This document shows, piece after piece, positions 38,442 to 52,643 of a DNA stretch of 64,000 bases. Source of the DNA: Octopus sinensis (taxonomy: Eukaryota); contig NC_043000.1 in assembly GCF_006345805.1 (NCBI RefSeq), positions 140,244,001 through 140,308,000 on the forward strand, given 5' to 3'. The notes under the pieces were generated by a model. It worked only from the letters and a program-made list of their open reading frames with translations, was not told the origin of the DNA and did no database searches. The translations under genes and the position numbers were made by a program. Position 1 is the stretch's first letter. Each line of letters begins with the position of its first letter.

Positions 38442-38465
38442 CATGATAATAATAATAATATTAAT
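38310..38465. repeat. (TAA)n microsatellite, followed by an RTE 3' UTR copy (38465-38750, minus strand)
   Basis: Direct reading. Confidence 0.93.
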
Positions 38466-39299
38466 CATCATCATCATCATCGTTTAACGTCTGCTTTCCA
38501 TGCTGGCATTGGTTGGAAGGTTCAACTGGGTTCTGGGAAGCCAGAAGGCTGCACCAGGCCCAGTCTGATCTGGCAATGTTTCTACGTCTGGATGCCCTTC
38601 CTAACTCCAACCACTCCATGAATGTAGTGGGTGCTTTTTATGTGCCACCGGCACAGGTGCCAGATGAGGCTGGCAATCGACCACGATCAGATGGTGCTTT
38701 TTACGTGCCACTGGCACGGAGGCCAGGCGGAGCTGGCAACGACCACAATCGGAATAATAATAATAAATAAATAAATAAATGAATAAATAAATAAATAAGT
38801 AAACAAACAAACAAATAAATGAAAAGCTACAGTGAGATGGGAAGTCATATATAAAGAAGAAAGCATCAGCAAAATTTGCTGGATGTAACATTATTAAAAG
38901 TGAAAACAAGAAGTTAGCCACAGTTTTATGGGGAAAGGAATGGAAAATGTGTATTGATGTAGAAGAGAGTTGTCAGGCTGATATAAATAAAGTGTTGAGA
39001 ATAAGTAATATCTACAATTCCAACCTGTTAATGTAGCTTCAAATATTTCTAAGTTATTTCAATCACCATCTACAAACTTGCAACACCCATATCATCCACA
39101 TCTCCCCAACCTCTCTCTCTCTCTCTCTCTCTGCATACACACACAATACATATCACATATATGCATATACACATACGTGCATACATACACATACACCCCC
39201 CCATACACACACACACATAGGTTTGTCTGACAAGCCTACAAAACTTGAAGTTACATGACACTAAGTTAAACTGTTGGTAAATAATACTTGTAACCCCTA

Positions 39300-39520
39300 A
39301 AGGTGGTAAGCTGGCAGAAACATTAGCATGCCGGGCGAAATGCTTAGCGGTATTTTGTCTGCCGCTACGTTCTAAGTTCAAATTCTGCCGAGGTTGACTT
39401 TGCCTTTCATCCCTTCGGAGTCAATAAATTAAGTACTAGTTATGCCCTGGGGTCAATATAATCGACTTAATCCCTTTGTCTGTCTATGTTTAGCCCCTTG
39501 TGGGCAATGAAGAAATAAGA
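39300..39520 (+). mobile_element. SINE family S2
   Basis: Full head and tail. Confidence 0.9.
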
Positions 39521-39527
39521 AACAATG

Positions 39528-40380
39528 CTAACTGGTATTTCATCTGTCTTTACATTCTGAGTTCACTACCTTGTCCTGTGTCTTCCTGGGTCTACATCTT
39601 CCACAGCATCCCTCCACATTTACAGATCAGCACTTCTTTACTCAACTGCCCCTGTCCCTATGCATCACATGACCATACCAATGCAGTCGTCTCTCTTGTG
39701 CACTACATTTGATACCCCTTATGCTCAACTTTTCTCTAAAGTTGCTTACACTCTGTCATACATGTAAACTGACCTTGCACATCCAGTGAAGCATGCTAGC
39801 TTCATTTCTTTTAAGCCTATACATATCCTCGTTTGGTCACATCCCATGCTTCACTGCTGTGTAGCATGTCTGTTTGTACACAAGCATCATACAGTCCCCC
39901 TTCCACTCTAAGAGAGAGGCCCTTTGTTGCCAGCAGAGTTAGGAGCTTTCTGAGCTTTGTCCAGCCTATTCTTATTCTTGCAGCTATGCTCATGGAGCAT
40001 CCACCTATGCTACTGACTTGGTCACCTAGATAATGGAAGCTACGAGCTACCTCTAGCTTACACCCTTGGCATTTGATGGGGTCTATTTTCTGTACATATT
40101 TAGTGTTTATTGTACCTGTGCATCTTCCATACCCAAATCTATTTTCCCAGTTAATCTTTTTCTGATATTGCAGCCTCTTATGTTTCCATAGCTGCACTGG
40201 GTACAACTTATTGAATTTCTACCTATGCCTTTCCTATAGATCAAGCGGTGCCATCTATCTGAAGGAATTTGTGATTTTCTGTTTTCCTACTTACGCTTTG
40301 GTTTCTGCTAAGTTAACTCTAAGGCCCTTCCATTGTAGACCTAGCTTCCACACCTAAAACTTCTTCTCTAGCTCTAGTAG
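39528..40380 (-). mobile_element. RTE-LINE ORF2 C-terminal fragment
   Basis: FHYLGDQVSSIGGCSMSIAARIRIGWTKLRKLLTLLATKGLSLRVEGGLYDACV. Confidence 0.9.
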
Positions 40381-40679
40381 TGATTCACATATATATGAAC
40401 AAGGTTACACATATATATATATATATAATATATATATAGAATATATATAATATTTTATATATATATAAATATATAATATATATAATATTTTAATAAATAC
40501 CACATGTCTTGTGAAATACAAGTGCCCAAATTTTCCTGGCCAAAACATTGATTTATTTTGCCATTTTCAAGCTGAAAACAAGACCATTTGTCAGATGCTT
40601 TTTAAACAGATGATGTCAAAAAGCAATGAGCAAACAGTATTTTTTTCCCCAGCTTGAAAAATGATGAAATAAAGTAATC

Positions 40680-40890
40680 TTTTCTACTCTAGGCAAAAGG
40701 CCTGAAATTTTTAGGGAGGAGACCAATCGATTACATCAACCCTAGGACTCAGCTGGTACTTATTTTATCAACCCTGAAAGGATGAAAAGCAAAGTCAACC
40801 TCAGTGGAATCTGAACTCAGATCATACAAACCGATAAAATACTGCTAAGCATTTCTCCCAGTGTACCTGTGATTTATCTAGCTCATCATC
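40680..40890 (-). mobile_element. Diverged S2-related SINE
   Basis: ggatgaaaagcaaagtcaacctcagtggaatctgaactcag..ctgctaagcatttc. Confidence 0.75.
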
Positions 40891-41734
40891 TTAAGACAAA
40901 TTAAAATAATAGCATCTGAAAATTTGCTAAATGTGCCTTTTGTATGGGTAACATAAAATTTAGTGCAGGCTACTATACATATTTTTCAATTACACCCTCT
41001 TGCAGATCCTTTAAAGAGGTGAAAAATCTTGTGTAACATGTATTCCGACACTTTACATTCTGATTTGAAATGCTGTTGATGTCCTCTCTTTTATGTTGAT
41101 AAAATTAAGTACTTTTTAATTATAATTAACTTATCAAACTCACTCAAATTTCAGGTCTTGTGTCTATTTTAAGAACAATATTTTATAAGAAAATATTTGT
41201 GCTCTCTTCTTTAAGATGAATTTTTATTAACACTGATAACATTACTTATGATAACTGTTTTAAGATCAATTGATTCAAACTTGTTTTTATCTCACTAATT
41301 TTATTGTGCTAGCCTGCACATCGATAGTATCTTCATGCAGAAACACTATTAATAAATTCTTAAGATGTCATTCATTTTATTTTCTTAACCAGTGAATTTT
41401 GTCACACACATTACCAAACCTATTAGTCATTCTAAAATTTTAGCAGCTGTGCTTAAACTATGCTTCAATAACAAGACAAAATCATTTTTGGAGTTTGTCA
41501 CTATTCTGGAAAAAAACAAAAAAAAAAACAGATTCACTTGAATACCACTTATATAATTCAAATTAATTTAAATTCAGTTGAAATCTTTTGAGTATTCACC
41601 TTTATCCCTTTTGCAATTAATTTTCCTGAATGGCAGTAACTTTTCTTCTCCATTCTTATTTCCTAAATTCAAAATTTAGCATGCTTTCTTTGGCATTTTG
41701 CATATATTTTAATCAATAAAATAAGTACCTGTAG

Positions 41735-42130
41735 TATATTCTTTTCTGCTCTAGGCACAAGGCCCAAAATTTTGAGAGAGAGGAGCTAAGTCCATTAGAT
41801 CGACCCAGGTGTGCAACTAGTACTTATCAACCCCAAAAGGATGAAAGGCAAAGCCGACCTTGTTGGAATTTGAACTTAGAACATAAAGACAGACGAAATA
41901 CCTATTTCTTTATTACCCTGAAGGGGCTAAACACAGAGGGGACAAACAAGGACAGACATAGGTATTAAGTCGATTACATCGACCCCAGTGCGTAACTGGT
42001 ACTTAATTTATCGACCCCGAAAGGATGAAAGGCAAAGTCGACCTCGGCGGAATTTGAACTCAGAACATAAAGACAGACGAAATACCGCTAAGCATTTTGC
42101 CAGGCATGCTAACGTTTCTGCCAACCCACT
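41735..42130 (-). mobile_element. Tandem S2 SINEs
   Basis: Two units joined at gacgaaatacc|tatttcttt. Confidence 0.88.
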
Positions 42131-43293
42131 GCCTTGTACCTGTAATATATTGGAAATGTTTCAAATTACTATATTGTTGTCACCTAAAATCATTGAATTG
42201 CAAAGTCAAAATCAAATCAATATTTTTATGGTTTTGTTGTTTTCTAGCCCCATTTCAGCTCTCATTGAATACAGGTGTGATCAGGGATATTTCCAGTCAA
42301 TGGCATCACCCTTTTTTTATTTCTTAAATTCTTGATTGTATCATATTCAGAAATATATTATCTTACTGTGACCAATTTTTTTCTTTTTTAGTCAACAAAG
42401 CATGATTTGAAAAATATTTCTTGCTGGTTCTCACATTGGCTCCAATCAATACATCTTTTTTGAAGAAGATCTATAATGTTTCAACATTGAAGAAAATGTA
42501 ACCATTTTTATTGTATACAAAACTAAAAGAAACTTGTTTACTTTAAAATTCTATAAAAAAAAACAAAAATATGACTCTTAATAAATATATCCAGGTCTGT
42601 AAAGCATCTTTAGTGGTTATAAAAGTTATTTATAGCTATAGATTTGGTGAATTTCAAAAAGTTAGAAGGAGATACTTGAAATTTGAAGTTCTGGGGATAA
42701 ATATTTGGTTAAATATTTGATATGAGATTTATTGTTAAGACACCCTAACATTTATTTATTTTCTTGTTAAAATATGAAAGAGCTATAAGAATCATCTCTC
42801 ATCACAACCAATGAGAATACTTGCATCTGCCTCCTAAAATTATAAAGGTTTCTGAAATAATTCCAGGTAAATCATTTTCTGAAAAGATTGATAGCAATAA
42901 CAACAATGATGCTGAACATGGCAATAGAAGAAATTTTTGACTATGCAATTCAAAATATTTGATACATAACTATATAACAATTCTAATATTTACTAGCAAA
43001 TACAAAGTCGGTCATAACATATGTAGGAATGTACATATAAACACACACACACACACATATATGAGACAGGCTTATTTCATTTTCTGCCAACCAAAGTCAC
43101 TCACAAGGCTTTGGGCACTACACAGCTGTAGTAGAGGATGCATTTCCAAGGTGCCATGCACTGGGACTGAACCCAGAATCATGTGGTTAGGATGCAATCT
43201 TCTCCCAACACAGATGTGTCTGCACCTATATACCTAAAAATATACAAATACATCTATACACATACACATAAAATATATAAATACATACATATG

Positions 43294-43322
<29 letters not shown>

Positions 43323-43325
<3 letters not shown>

Positions 43326-45095
43326 CATCATCATCATCATTTAACGTCCGTTGTCCATGGTGGCATGGGTTGGACAGTTTGACTTGAGTGGGCTGGCATG
43401 CTGGAAGGCTGCACCATGATCCAGTCTGATTTGGCAAGCTTTTCTATGGCTGGATGCCCTTCCTTATGCCAACCGCTCCGACAGAGTAATGGGTACTTTT
43501 ACATGCCAATGGCATGGGTGCCATTTGTGTGACTCCAGTATTTGCCACAGCTGCGATTTTGCTTGGCTTGATGGGTCTTCTTCTCAAGCATGACATAATG
43601 CCAAAGGTCTTGATCAGAGCTTGCGTGAGGCCCAATGCTCGAAAGGAGCTTAGCCACTTTGCTTTTATGAGGCCCATCACTCCAAAGAAACTCAGCCACC
43701 TTGCCTCCATGAGGCCCGTTTGAAAGGAACTCAGCCACCATGCCTCAATGAAGCCCAACATTCGAAAGGAACTCAGCCACTTTGTCTCCATGCAGCTCAG
43801 AAGCTCAGCCACCTTGCCTCCATGAGGCCCAAAACTCAAATGGAACTCAGCCACTTTGCCTCCATGAAGCCCAAAACTTGAAAGGAACTCAGCCTCTTTG
43901 CCTCCATCAGCCCCGACGTTCAAAGGTTGATTTTTTTTTATGAATCACCATCACAGGTGCACTTGGCTTGATGGATCCTCTTAAGCAGAGAACATCGCCA
44001 AAGGTTTCAGTCACTATTCATTGCCTCTGTGAGGTTCAAAGTTCGAAGATCATGCTTCACCGCCTCATACCATGTCTTCCTGGGTCTACCTCTACCACAG
44101 GATCCCTCCACAGTTAGAGATTGGCACTTCTTTACACACCTGTCTTTGTCCATACACATTACATGACCATACCAGCACAGTTGTCTCTCTTGCACACCAC
44201 ATCCAATTCTTCTTATGCCTAACTTTTCTCTCAAGATGCTTACACTCGGTCAAACATGCACACTGACATTACACATCCAGCAAAGCATACTGACTTCATT
44301 TCTCTCAAGCCTAAGCATGTCCTCAGCTGTCATAGCCCATGCTTCATTACCAAGCAGCATAACTGATCCCACACAGGCATCAAACAATCTGCTTTTCACT
44401 CTGAGAGAGAGGCCCTCTGTTGTCAGCAGGTGTAGGAGCTCTCTGAACTTTGTGCAGCCTAAGCTTATTCTCACAGTTATGCTCTCAGAACAGCCACTAC
44501 TAACCTGGTTGCCTAGATACTAGAAACTATCTACTACCTATTTATTATGCCTGTGCATCTTCCACATAGAAAAGTTAGTTTCTCTGTTAACCTTCCTTTG
44601 ATGTTGCTTCACCTTTTATGTGTCCAAAGCTTATGAGTGCATCTTATGGAGTTTCTACCTACACCTTTTCTACAGATTGAGCAGGGTCATCTACCTGAAG
44701 GGATTTGTGATTTGTTTGCCTTCCTAATAATTAAGACTTTGGTTTTTGCTAGGTTAACTCTGAGGCCCTTTGATTCTATACCCTGTTTCCATGCCTGGAA
44801 TTCTCTAGTTCAGGAAGTGATTCAGCTATAAGGGCAAGGTCATCAGCTTAGAGGAGCTCCCAGGGGCAGCCTGTCTTGAATTTCTGAGTTACCGCCTGGA
44901 GGACTATGATGAACAAGAGGGGCTGAGCACGGATCCTTGGTGAACCACTACCTGTACCCTGAATTCTTCTCTCTACTCATTGCCCACCCTCACCTTATTG
45001 ATAGCGTCCTTATACATGGCTTGTACAGCTCTCACCAACCACTCATCTATCCCTATTTTCTGCATTGATCATAACACACCTCCTCCACCCCTTTT
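43323..45095 (-). mobile_element. 5'-truncated RTE-LINE: RT core, C-terminus and 3' UTR with tandem repeats
   Basis: HQGSVLSPLLFIIVL, WELL*ADDL (decayed YADD), RERLGIRRI..LCWYGHV..GRGRPRKTW; (GAT)n tail at 43323-43340. Confidence 0.92.
43622..43925. repeat. ~42-bp minisatellite (about 7 units) in the RTE 3' UTR
   Basis: Unit like gaaaggaactcagccac(c/t)ttgcctccatgaggccc. Confidence 0.92.
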
Positions 45096-46679
45096 CTTGT
45101 ACCTGGGGTTCATTTATATTTAATACCAACTTTTGTCTCACACAACACTAGCCAGTGGTATGTTGCTATTGTTGTTGTAGGTGGTAATACACTTGTCATT
45201 GAAGTTTGCATTTTAACTTGCTTTTACTTTTGTGTTTTTCAAATTGTAATTCTTTTTGTTTATAACTGTGATTATTTATCATTTTTTTTTCTGTTTTATA
45301 TTAGATTCTCACTTTGAGTTTTCAAACATTTAATGGGTTAGTAGCACTTTCACTTCTACAACTATTGCAGCCCACACCTTCATCAACTACAAGAAAACTG
45401 GTCACATAGAACCACAAATAACTAAATCAAATAGATTTCAGCAGATATATATTTACAGAAACAAACAGACTTAAAAACAATAATTTTTCCCATTAAGTAA
45501 TGTAAAAATAATCATTTTTTTTTAGTGTAGCTCTATAGACCCAAGTACCAACAGTAAATAGTAGTAACAACAGCCACAACTATAACAACACCAACAACAA
45601 CCACATTTAACTGACACTAATATTTTTTTCAAATACCAAGAAAAGTTTTAAAAAAGTAGGTTAATTTGTAATTCAATATTTTGTTGTTATTTCTCCACAG
45701 TTTCAAAAGATCATCAACATTAGAAGTGTCCTCATTGTACTAAACTAAATCCACCTAAAAATCTAATGTATTTTAAAGATCTCGATGTCTAAATCTTTTC
45801 TGTTTACCCTCTTATCTTCACACACGAGTATTGTTTACATGCATAACTGACATCTCAATATACGCAAAGACATTTTTGAATAACAGTAAATATTGGTACA
45901 GTTTTATGATATTGTTTCTGCTCTTATAGCTTCTGTAATTACAGGAAATTAAAAAAAAATTTTTCTTTTTCAATTCTTCTTTAATTATCTTCTTTTTTTT
46001 TTGTTGTCTACATGTACAATACTTGAGAGAGGAAGAAAAAGAAAACAAATGGATAAAAATTAAAGGATATATTCATTTCTCTTTAAATGTGTATTCTCGT
46101 TTTGCCATAAAAATACACAGCTCACACAAAACATTGATTGTGCTATTCCTTGAATCTGCTGTTATCCACTGGACAATAACCACTTCAGTAAAGAAGATAA
46201 AACCAAGTATTAGTAGTTGCTGTTGTCGCTTAGTTCCAAATCAGCACCGACTGATCAAACCCGTGACCAAAGATATTCAAATCATGACCTTTTTGCTTTT
46301 TTATAAATCTAGGATTACACTATCCACAGTTATACTTTCATTTAACAATGGTTGAGTGATATAGAGTTTGTTTGAAAAATGTATCTGGAGGTAAATCTCT
46401 TTATATTATCATGTAATACACATGTAATTTGACTGATATTTACATCTGAAACATATGATGCACTGAAGTGAGATTGTTCAATCTTAGTGCTATCGTTATT
46501 ATCTTTATTATACAAACACACGTGTGTGTGCGTGTGTGTGTGTGTGATGTGTGTGAATATAAATTTCAGTTAATTTGCCAAAAAGTAATATGTTGAAGAA
46601 TTCAGTTTGTAAATATTGAGTAAGAAGGAAATATCGAATGGAAGGAAACGTGCTCAATATCAAATAGGAGAATCTAAAT

Positions 46680-46717
<38 letters not shown>

Positions 46718-46915
46718 TTAACGTCTGCTTTCCATGCTAGCATGGGTTGGACGAATGACTGAGGGCTGGAGAACCAGATGGCTGCACCAGGCTTCAATCT
46801 TGATCTGGCAGAGTTTCTACAGCTGGATGCCCTTCCTAATGACAACCACTCTGAGAGTGTAGTGGGTACTTTTACGTGCCACCGGCATGGGGCCAGTCAG
46901 GCGGTACTGGCAATG
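46680..46915 (-). mobile_element. RTE-LINE 3' UTR copy
   Basis: (CAT)n plus family motifs. Confidence 0.85.
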
Positions 46916-47205
46916 ACCTAAATATAAATGAAAAAAATTAGTTTCATTTGTTGGAACTAGATTTAGATGAATGCTGTGGGTAGCCAAGAGCATAGGTACA
47001 TCAGCTGTCCGACTGTGTAAGCCTCCTTGCACCAATTACAAAGATTTTGAATGGGATTCATCCAGATAAAAAAGATCACAATCCTGTGTAGACTCGTATA
47101 TTTTTCTTTATATTGTAACCTACAATTGCTCAGAAGAAAATTTGAAATATATTTTTATCACATGGGTATACTTGCACTTGTGTGTGTACCAGTGAGTGTA
47201 TATAC

Positions 47206-47249
<44 letters not shown>

Positions 47250-48068
47250 TAGAGATAAAACCACTATTATGCAACTCAAACAGTGATAGACATAAACCAA
47301 TACATAAATAACCAATATATATATATATAATTTTTTTAAATATAAAACTTATAACTAAATCTCAAAAAGCATAAAATGAATGATGAATATATAATATAAT
47401 ATGTAAAAACACTACGTACATTTCATGGCTACAATTAAATTCGAATTACAATTAAGTTTAAATGCAATTGAAATAAATTCGATTTAAAATTATAGTCAAT
47501 CTTCAGGCTAATGATAATAGTTAAATAAATAAGCAAATAGAGTTAAACAATTTTTATTTAAGAAATAAATAAATAATAATTTTTCTTATAGAAAAAACTC
47601 CATTAACTAAATTATAAACTTAAAACATTATGATTATTTCCTACAACACATTTATTATGTTAAATATTTAATTTTTAATTTTTAAGGTAAAAAAATAGAT
47701 AGAAAAATGTATTTATCTTTAAAGATATAATTTGGCTTTAAAAAACATAATAAACTCTCGAATATCTTTAACTCAGTTATACTCCAATATTTATTTACCA
47801 AATTATTTAACAAAATAATCACTATTAATATTTTTAGATTTAAGTTCACATCTAATAATTATAAAATAATAAATACATAAAAATAAGTATCTAAATTATA
47901 ATCAACAAATATAGTAATTAAAAATCTAAAATTTTCTCTATCAATAAATATATAGACATATAACCCAAAATAAATTAATTAATTAGTCCATTAGTCCATT
48001 ATTACTTACATAAATATTATAAATATCTACAGAATATATTTATGAGATACAATAATAATAATACTCCC

Positions 48069-48147
<79 letters not shown>

Positions 48148-48349
48148 GTGTACATTTAAACACAAGAGAAAATTACCATCAACAGGTAATTTTTACATGC
48201 TAGAAGAAGCAGTCAAAACGATCAAAGGCACATTTAAGATCAGTTTTCGAAGGGAATGAAAAATAAAAACTTTTACCTTGTTATTTTTTGCAGTTATACC
48301 TAGGTTTCAGATTTCTTTAGCACCCTATATATCTTACATGTATATACGT

Positions 48350-48780
48350 ATCTGTAATATAATATGTGACAAGTGCCATAATAAAACTCCAAGTTTCGGA
48401 TGGTGGGGCAGAAACCTTCTCCGACATCTCATCAGTTATCAAGGCAATCAAAAAATTCTATATAAATGACTGTTAAACAAAGGGAAATTATTATGTAATT
48501 GACCGTTATTAAGACAAAAGAGCTATTAGAATGACCATTAAATAAGGGGAAAAACTGAAGAGGAAAAAGTAAAAAGTAAAGAAGTAAAAATGCTTATAAT
48601 AATTGCATATGTGTGCATGTACGTACATACACATGTGTGCATGCACATCCACGTACATGTGCCTATATGCATATGCTCACCCACACTAACATGGAACACA
48701 TACATGTGCACCCACACATATGCCAATAAATGCACATATATATGCAACCATGCATGTACAAGTATACATATCTACACACA
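48350..48780 (-). mobile_element. Hammerhead-terminated, TG-microsatellite-bearing element (family C, copy 1)
   Basis: 48350-48620 aligns in reverse with 59520-59804. Confidence 0.8.
48375..48445 (-). ncRNA. Type I hammerhead ribozyme motif (family C, copy 1)
   Basis: gccttgataa CTGATGA gatgtcggag..catcc GAA acttggagt T ttattatggc. 10-bp stem I with one mismatch, intact core, GUU triplet, damaged stem II. Confidence 0.72.
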
Positions 48781-49157
48781 TGACAATGCACACCCATCCA
48801 CGGCTGCCCAGACCATTGAAACCAATAACCAATTGGGTTTTGAAGTGCTGAAACACCCTGCATACAGTCCAGATCTTGTCCCTTCTGACTATCAAATTTT
48901 TGGACCGCTCAAAGATGGTTTACAAGGTCGTTGATTTCCTAGAGTTGAAAATGTGAAATAAATGGTGCATAAATGGTTACACAATCAACCAAAAGCCTTC
49001 TTCTTGGAGGGAATATACAAGCTTATGGACTACTGGACCAAGTGCATCGGAAGGAAAGGAGACTATATAGAAAAAATGACATATTTCTTTATCCCCTGCT
49101 TTTGTGTAAATACATTGAAAAAACAAGAGTGCGTGTAATTTTTTACTCTCTCTCATA
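48778..49157 (+). mobile_element. mariner transposon 3' fragment (second family)
   Basis: HDNAHP..LKHPAYSPDLVPSDYQIFGPLK..WTKCI..GDYIEK*; right-TIR-like gtgcgtgtaattttttactctctctcata. Confidence 0.88.
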
Positions 49158-49194
49158 TATAAATATATTTATACATACATATATATGTGTTTGT

Positions 49195-49700
49195 GCGTGT
49201 GTGCATGTGTGGTGTGTGTGTGTGTGTGTGTTTGTCTGTGTCTGTGTTTGTTTTTCACCACTGCTTGACAACCAGTGTTGGTGTGTATATGATCCTGTAA
49301 CCTAATTCTTTACTACCCACAAGGGGCTAAATACAGAGAGGACAAACAAGGACAGACAAACGATTAAGTTGATTAAATCGACCCCAGTGCGTAACTGGTA
49401 CTTAATTTATCGACCCCAAAAGGATGAAAGGCAAAGTTGACCTCGGCGGAATTTGAACTCAGATCATAGTGGCAGACGAAATACGGCTACGCATTTCGCC
49501 CGGCATGCTAACGTTTCTGCCAGCTCACCGCCTTAACCTGTAACCTGTTCAGCAAAAGATCCTGATAGGAAAAGTACCAGGCTTAACAAAAGATAAGTAC
49601 TGGGGTTGATTAATTCAACTTAAAAAAGAAGTTTTCAAGGCAGTGCCCCAGCATAGCTGAAGTCTAATGACTGAAAAAAGTAAAAGATAAAAAGATAAAA
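49195..49700. mobile_element. S1-type SINE tail (+) interrupted by an S2 SINE (minus strand, 49308-49535)
   Basis: cctgtaacct flanks both sides of the S2 copy. Confidence 0.82.
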
Positions 49701-50076
49701 CAGTTTGTTCATTTATTTATTTTTGTGAAAATTAGGGAAAATTAATATCTACTCAAGCTCACCACTCATTTGCATATATTTGTGTAAAGGTGTTAAAAAA
49801 CCAATAATAATGCACAGACACTACAATGGTTGTTTCAAGTAGTATCACACTTATATTTATTCCTTATCAAAATTAAATTTTCATTTTCTAATTTCCTCAA
49901 ATATGTGAAATACAACTTTCATCATGCAGAGCTTGCATAATTTATGTAAAATCATAGATAAATGTGTGTGTGTGAGTGTGTATATGTGTGTGTGTATGCG
50001 TGTTTGTGTGGATGTGTGTGCATATAGAGAGATAGATAGATGTAGATAGATATATTATTTAAAACAGTTTTTTTCT

Positions 50077-50156
50077 GTTCCATGCTACTTCAAGTTTTGC
50101 AGGCTCCCAATGGGTGTTTCTCTCAGGGACCTGCAAAACTTGAAGCAACCCAGAAC
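50077..50156. other. Isolated pre-miRNA-sized hairpin
   Basis: cttcaagttttgcagg(c)tccc / gggacctgcaaaacttgaag: 20-bp stem with 1 bulge, 17-nt loop, partial basal stem. Confidence 0.6.
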
Positions 50157-50257
50157 CAAATCTTTTTTAAATAATAAATCTAACTTCTACTAAATGTATT
50201 GAGTACCCATTTCTTTCATTTGTCCACTCACTCATATAGATAGCTATGTATATTATT

Positions 50258-50482
50258 TTCCGTGCCCACAAAGGGCAACAGAGGAGGAGACAAACAGGAC
50301 AGATAAATAGATTAAGTCGATTATATCGACCCCAGTGCGTAACTGGTACTTAATTTATCGACCCCAAAAAGATGAAAGGCAAAGTCGACCTCGGTGGAAT
50401 TTGAACTCAGAACGTAGTGGCAGACGAAATACCACTAAGCATTTCGCCCGGCGTGCTAATGTTTCTACCAGCTTGCCGCCTT
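50258..50482 (-). mobile_element. SINE family S2
   Basis: Full reverse copy. Confidence 0.9.
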
Positions 50483-51820
50483 TCATATAGATAGCTATAT
50501 ATACATAGTTATAAGTAGACAGATCGTGAGCCGATTGCTATGTGATGATGATACACCAAACCTTGTATGTACCACTAATGTTTTATCAGGGTGAAGACTA
50601 AAGCTATCTGGAGACCATGAAGAAAGACAAGTTCTGGCTTTGAGTGATTTGACTAAGACAAACATGGAGTGGGGAGAGACTCTTAAGTGCTAGAAAGTTT
50701 ATATATCCTAGAAAGTACCATCATTACCATCAAAATCATTATCATCATCATTAAATCTATGTACTTTTTACCTTATGTTTCTATATGTATGTCTATAGAC
50801 AGAAACACACATACCTGTTTGCATCTCTATGACTCTCTCTCTCTCTCTCTCTCTTTCTATATCGACCTCTCTTTCTCTCTCTTTCCACACACACACACAC
50901 ATAACATACAGATTCACATCGTTCTATTATAGCTGGAAAATGTACTTAAATTGCTTAATGAATCTTTAACAATTTTAATCTTTACTTTTATGGTATTTTT
51001 ATAGAATTATATGACATCTTACAGTTTTTATTTTAAGTAACAACGAGTTTCTTTCCCTGTCCTTCCAATATATGGCTTTCTCTGACTATTTTCTCGTACT
51101 TATTCTTCTTTCATTATTCAATACTCACACTTTCAAAACAACTTCTCTCTCTATCATAAACCAACTATTTACTAATTGTTTTTACACTCTTTCCTAATAA
51201 ATATCTTTTTAGATACTAAACGCTTTCTTTCTACTCCTTGTTTCCAAATTATGTTATTCAATATAAACTTATTCAATATAAGCCCTAACTTATCAGTCTT
51301 CCTCTTTTTCCTACCTTTTTGTATTTATATCTATTTAGCCTTACTCTTTCTTATTCATTTCTGCACTCCTCTCTAATAAATGCTCTCTTCCAGCAAACTT
51401 TATTGTATCAAATGTGATACTGTGATGAACTGACAAGTGGAAAACACTTGAGAAAGAATAACAGACACTGAACACTGAATAAATAACACATTAAAGTTAA
51501 GTAATATGCATTCAATGCTCTTTTTGAAACACCTCTAGTAAATAACTACCTACTTCATTCATTTCATTCACAGACTTAATTATCACAAAATAAGCAACTA
51601 TTATTGGTAGATACTGGATTTATATAGCTGCAGTCATATTATTGGAATTTCTGGCTTACTTCAATATGTGACCAAATATTTGATACATTGATTAATGAAC
51701 TTTACTTAGTGATTATCATCTCTACTTCTGCTATCTATATAAGCCTTGTCTGCATCAAAGGTTGACCAACTATTTTTACCACAACCATTTGGATCTCGAT
51801 TCTTTATTACACACACAGAA

Positions 51821-51873
<53 letters not shown>

Positions 51874-52221
51874 ACACACATACACACATATATGCAAAAT
51901 TTTGTTGATTCATTTTCCATCCATTTTCCATGCTAGTATGGGTTGGATAAACAAATTGTCGAGGCATTCTTGTTCAATCAGGTTATTCCTGTCACTCACA
52001 TATATTTAATTTTGAAGGAAGAGATCTCTTTCTCCACATATCCTTGAAAGTACAAAGCATGTGGATAATTCTTTTGAAAAGAGAGAACAGCCAAAAGAAT
52101 TACGGCCTATGTGTTGCATCGTTTATATGATCACTGATATAAAGAAACACACAATACAAAGATATTCATGCAAACACACACATACAGTCACATACACATA
52201 TATGGTAGTATTTTCTCAATT

Positions 52222-52643
52222 TCTTTTTTTTTTATTGCCCAGAAGGGGCTAAACATAGAAGGGATAAACAAGGACAGGCAAAGGGATTAAGTCGATTACA
52301 TCAACCCCAGTGCGTAACTAGTACTTAATTTTTCGACCCCCAAAAAGATGAAAGGCAAAGTTGACCTCGGCAGGATTGGAACTCAGAACGTAACAGTAGA
52401 CGAAATACCTATTTCTTTATTGCCCACAAGGGGCTAAACATAGAGGGGACAAAAAAGGACAGACAAAGGGATTAAATTGATTACATCGACCCCAGTGCGT
52501 AAATGGTACTTTATTTATCGACCCTTGAAACGATGAAAGACAAAGTCAACCTCGGTGGAATTTGAACTCAGAACATAACAGCAGATGAAATATTGCTGAG
52601 CATTTTGCCTGGTGTGCTAAAGTTTCTGCTAGCTCACCGCCTT
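52222..52643 (-). mobile_element. Tandem S2 SINE dimer
   Basis: Junction gacgaaatacc|tatttctttattgccc. Confidence 0.9.

Noticed and set aside
40545-40680. Imperfect ~25-bp inverted repeat (ttttcaagctg / cagcttgaaaa)
   Set aside because: Too short and diverged to classify; plausibly a MITE relic.
43444-43923. 159-aa ORF with repeated GPHGGKVAEFL
   Set aside because: Read-through of the 42-bp minisatellite in an RTE 3' UTR. The regular GC-rich repeats here and at 54.7/58.5 kb are also not CRISPR arrays: there are no unique spacers and the context is eukaryotic.
47330-48060. Mitochondrial rRNA or protein-gene NUMT
   Set aside because: No conserved 12S/16S motifs and no convincing nad/cox/atp peptide in the invertebrate mitochondrial code; kept only as a control-region possibility.
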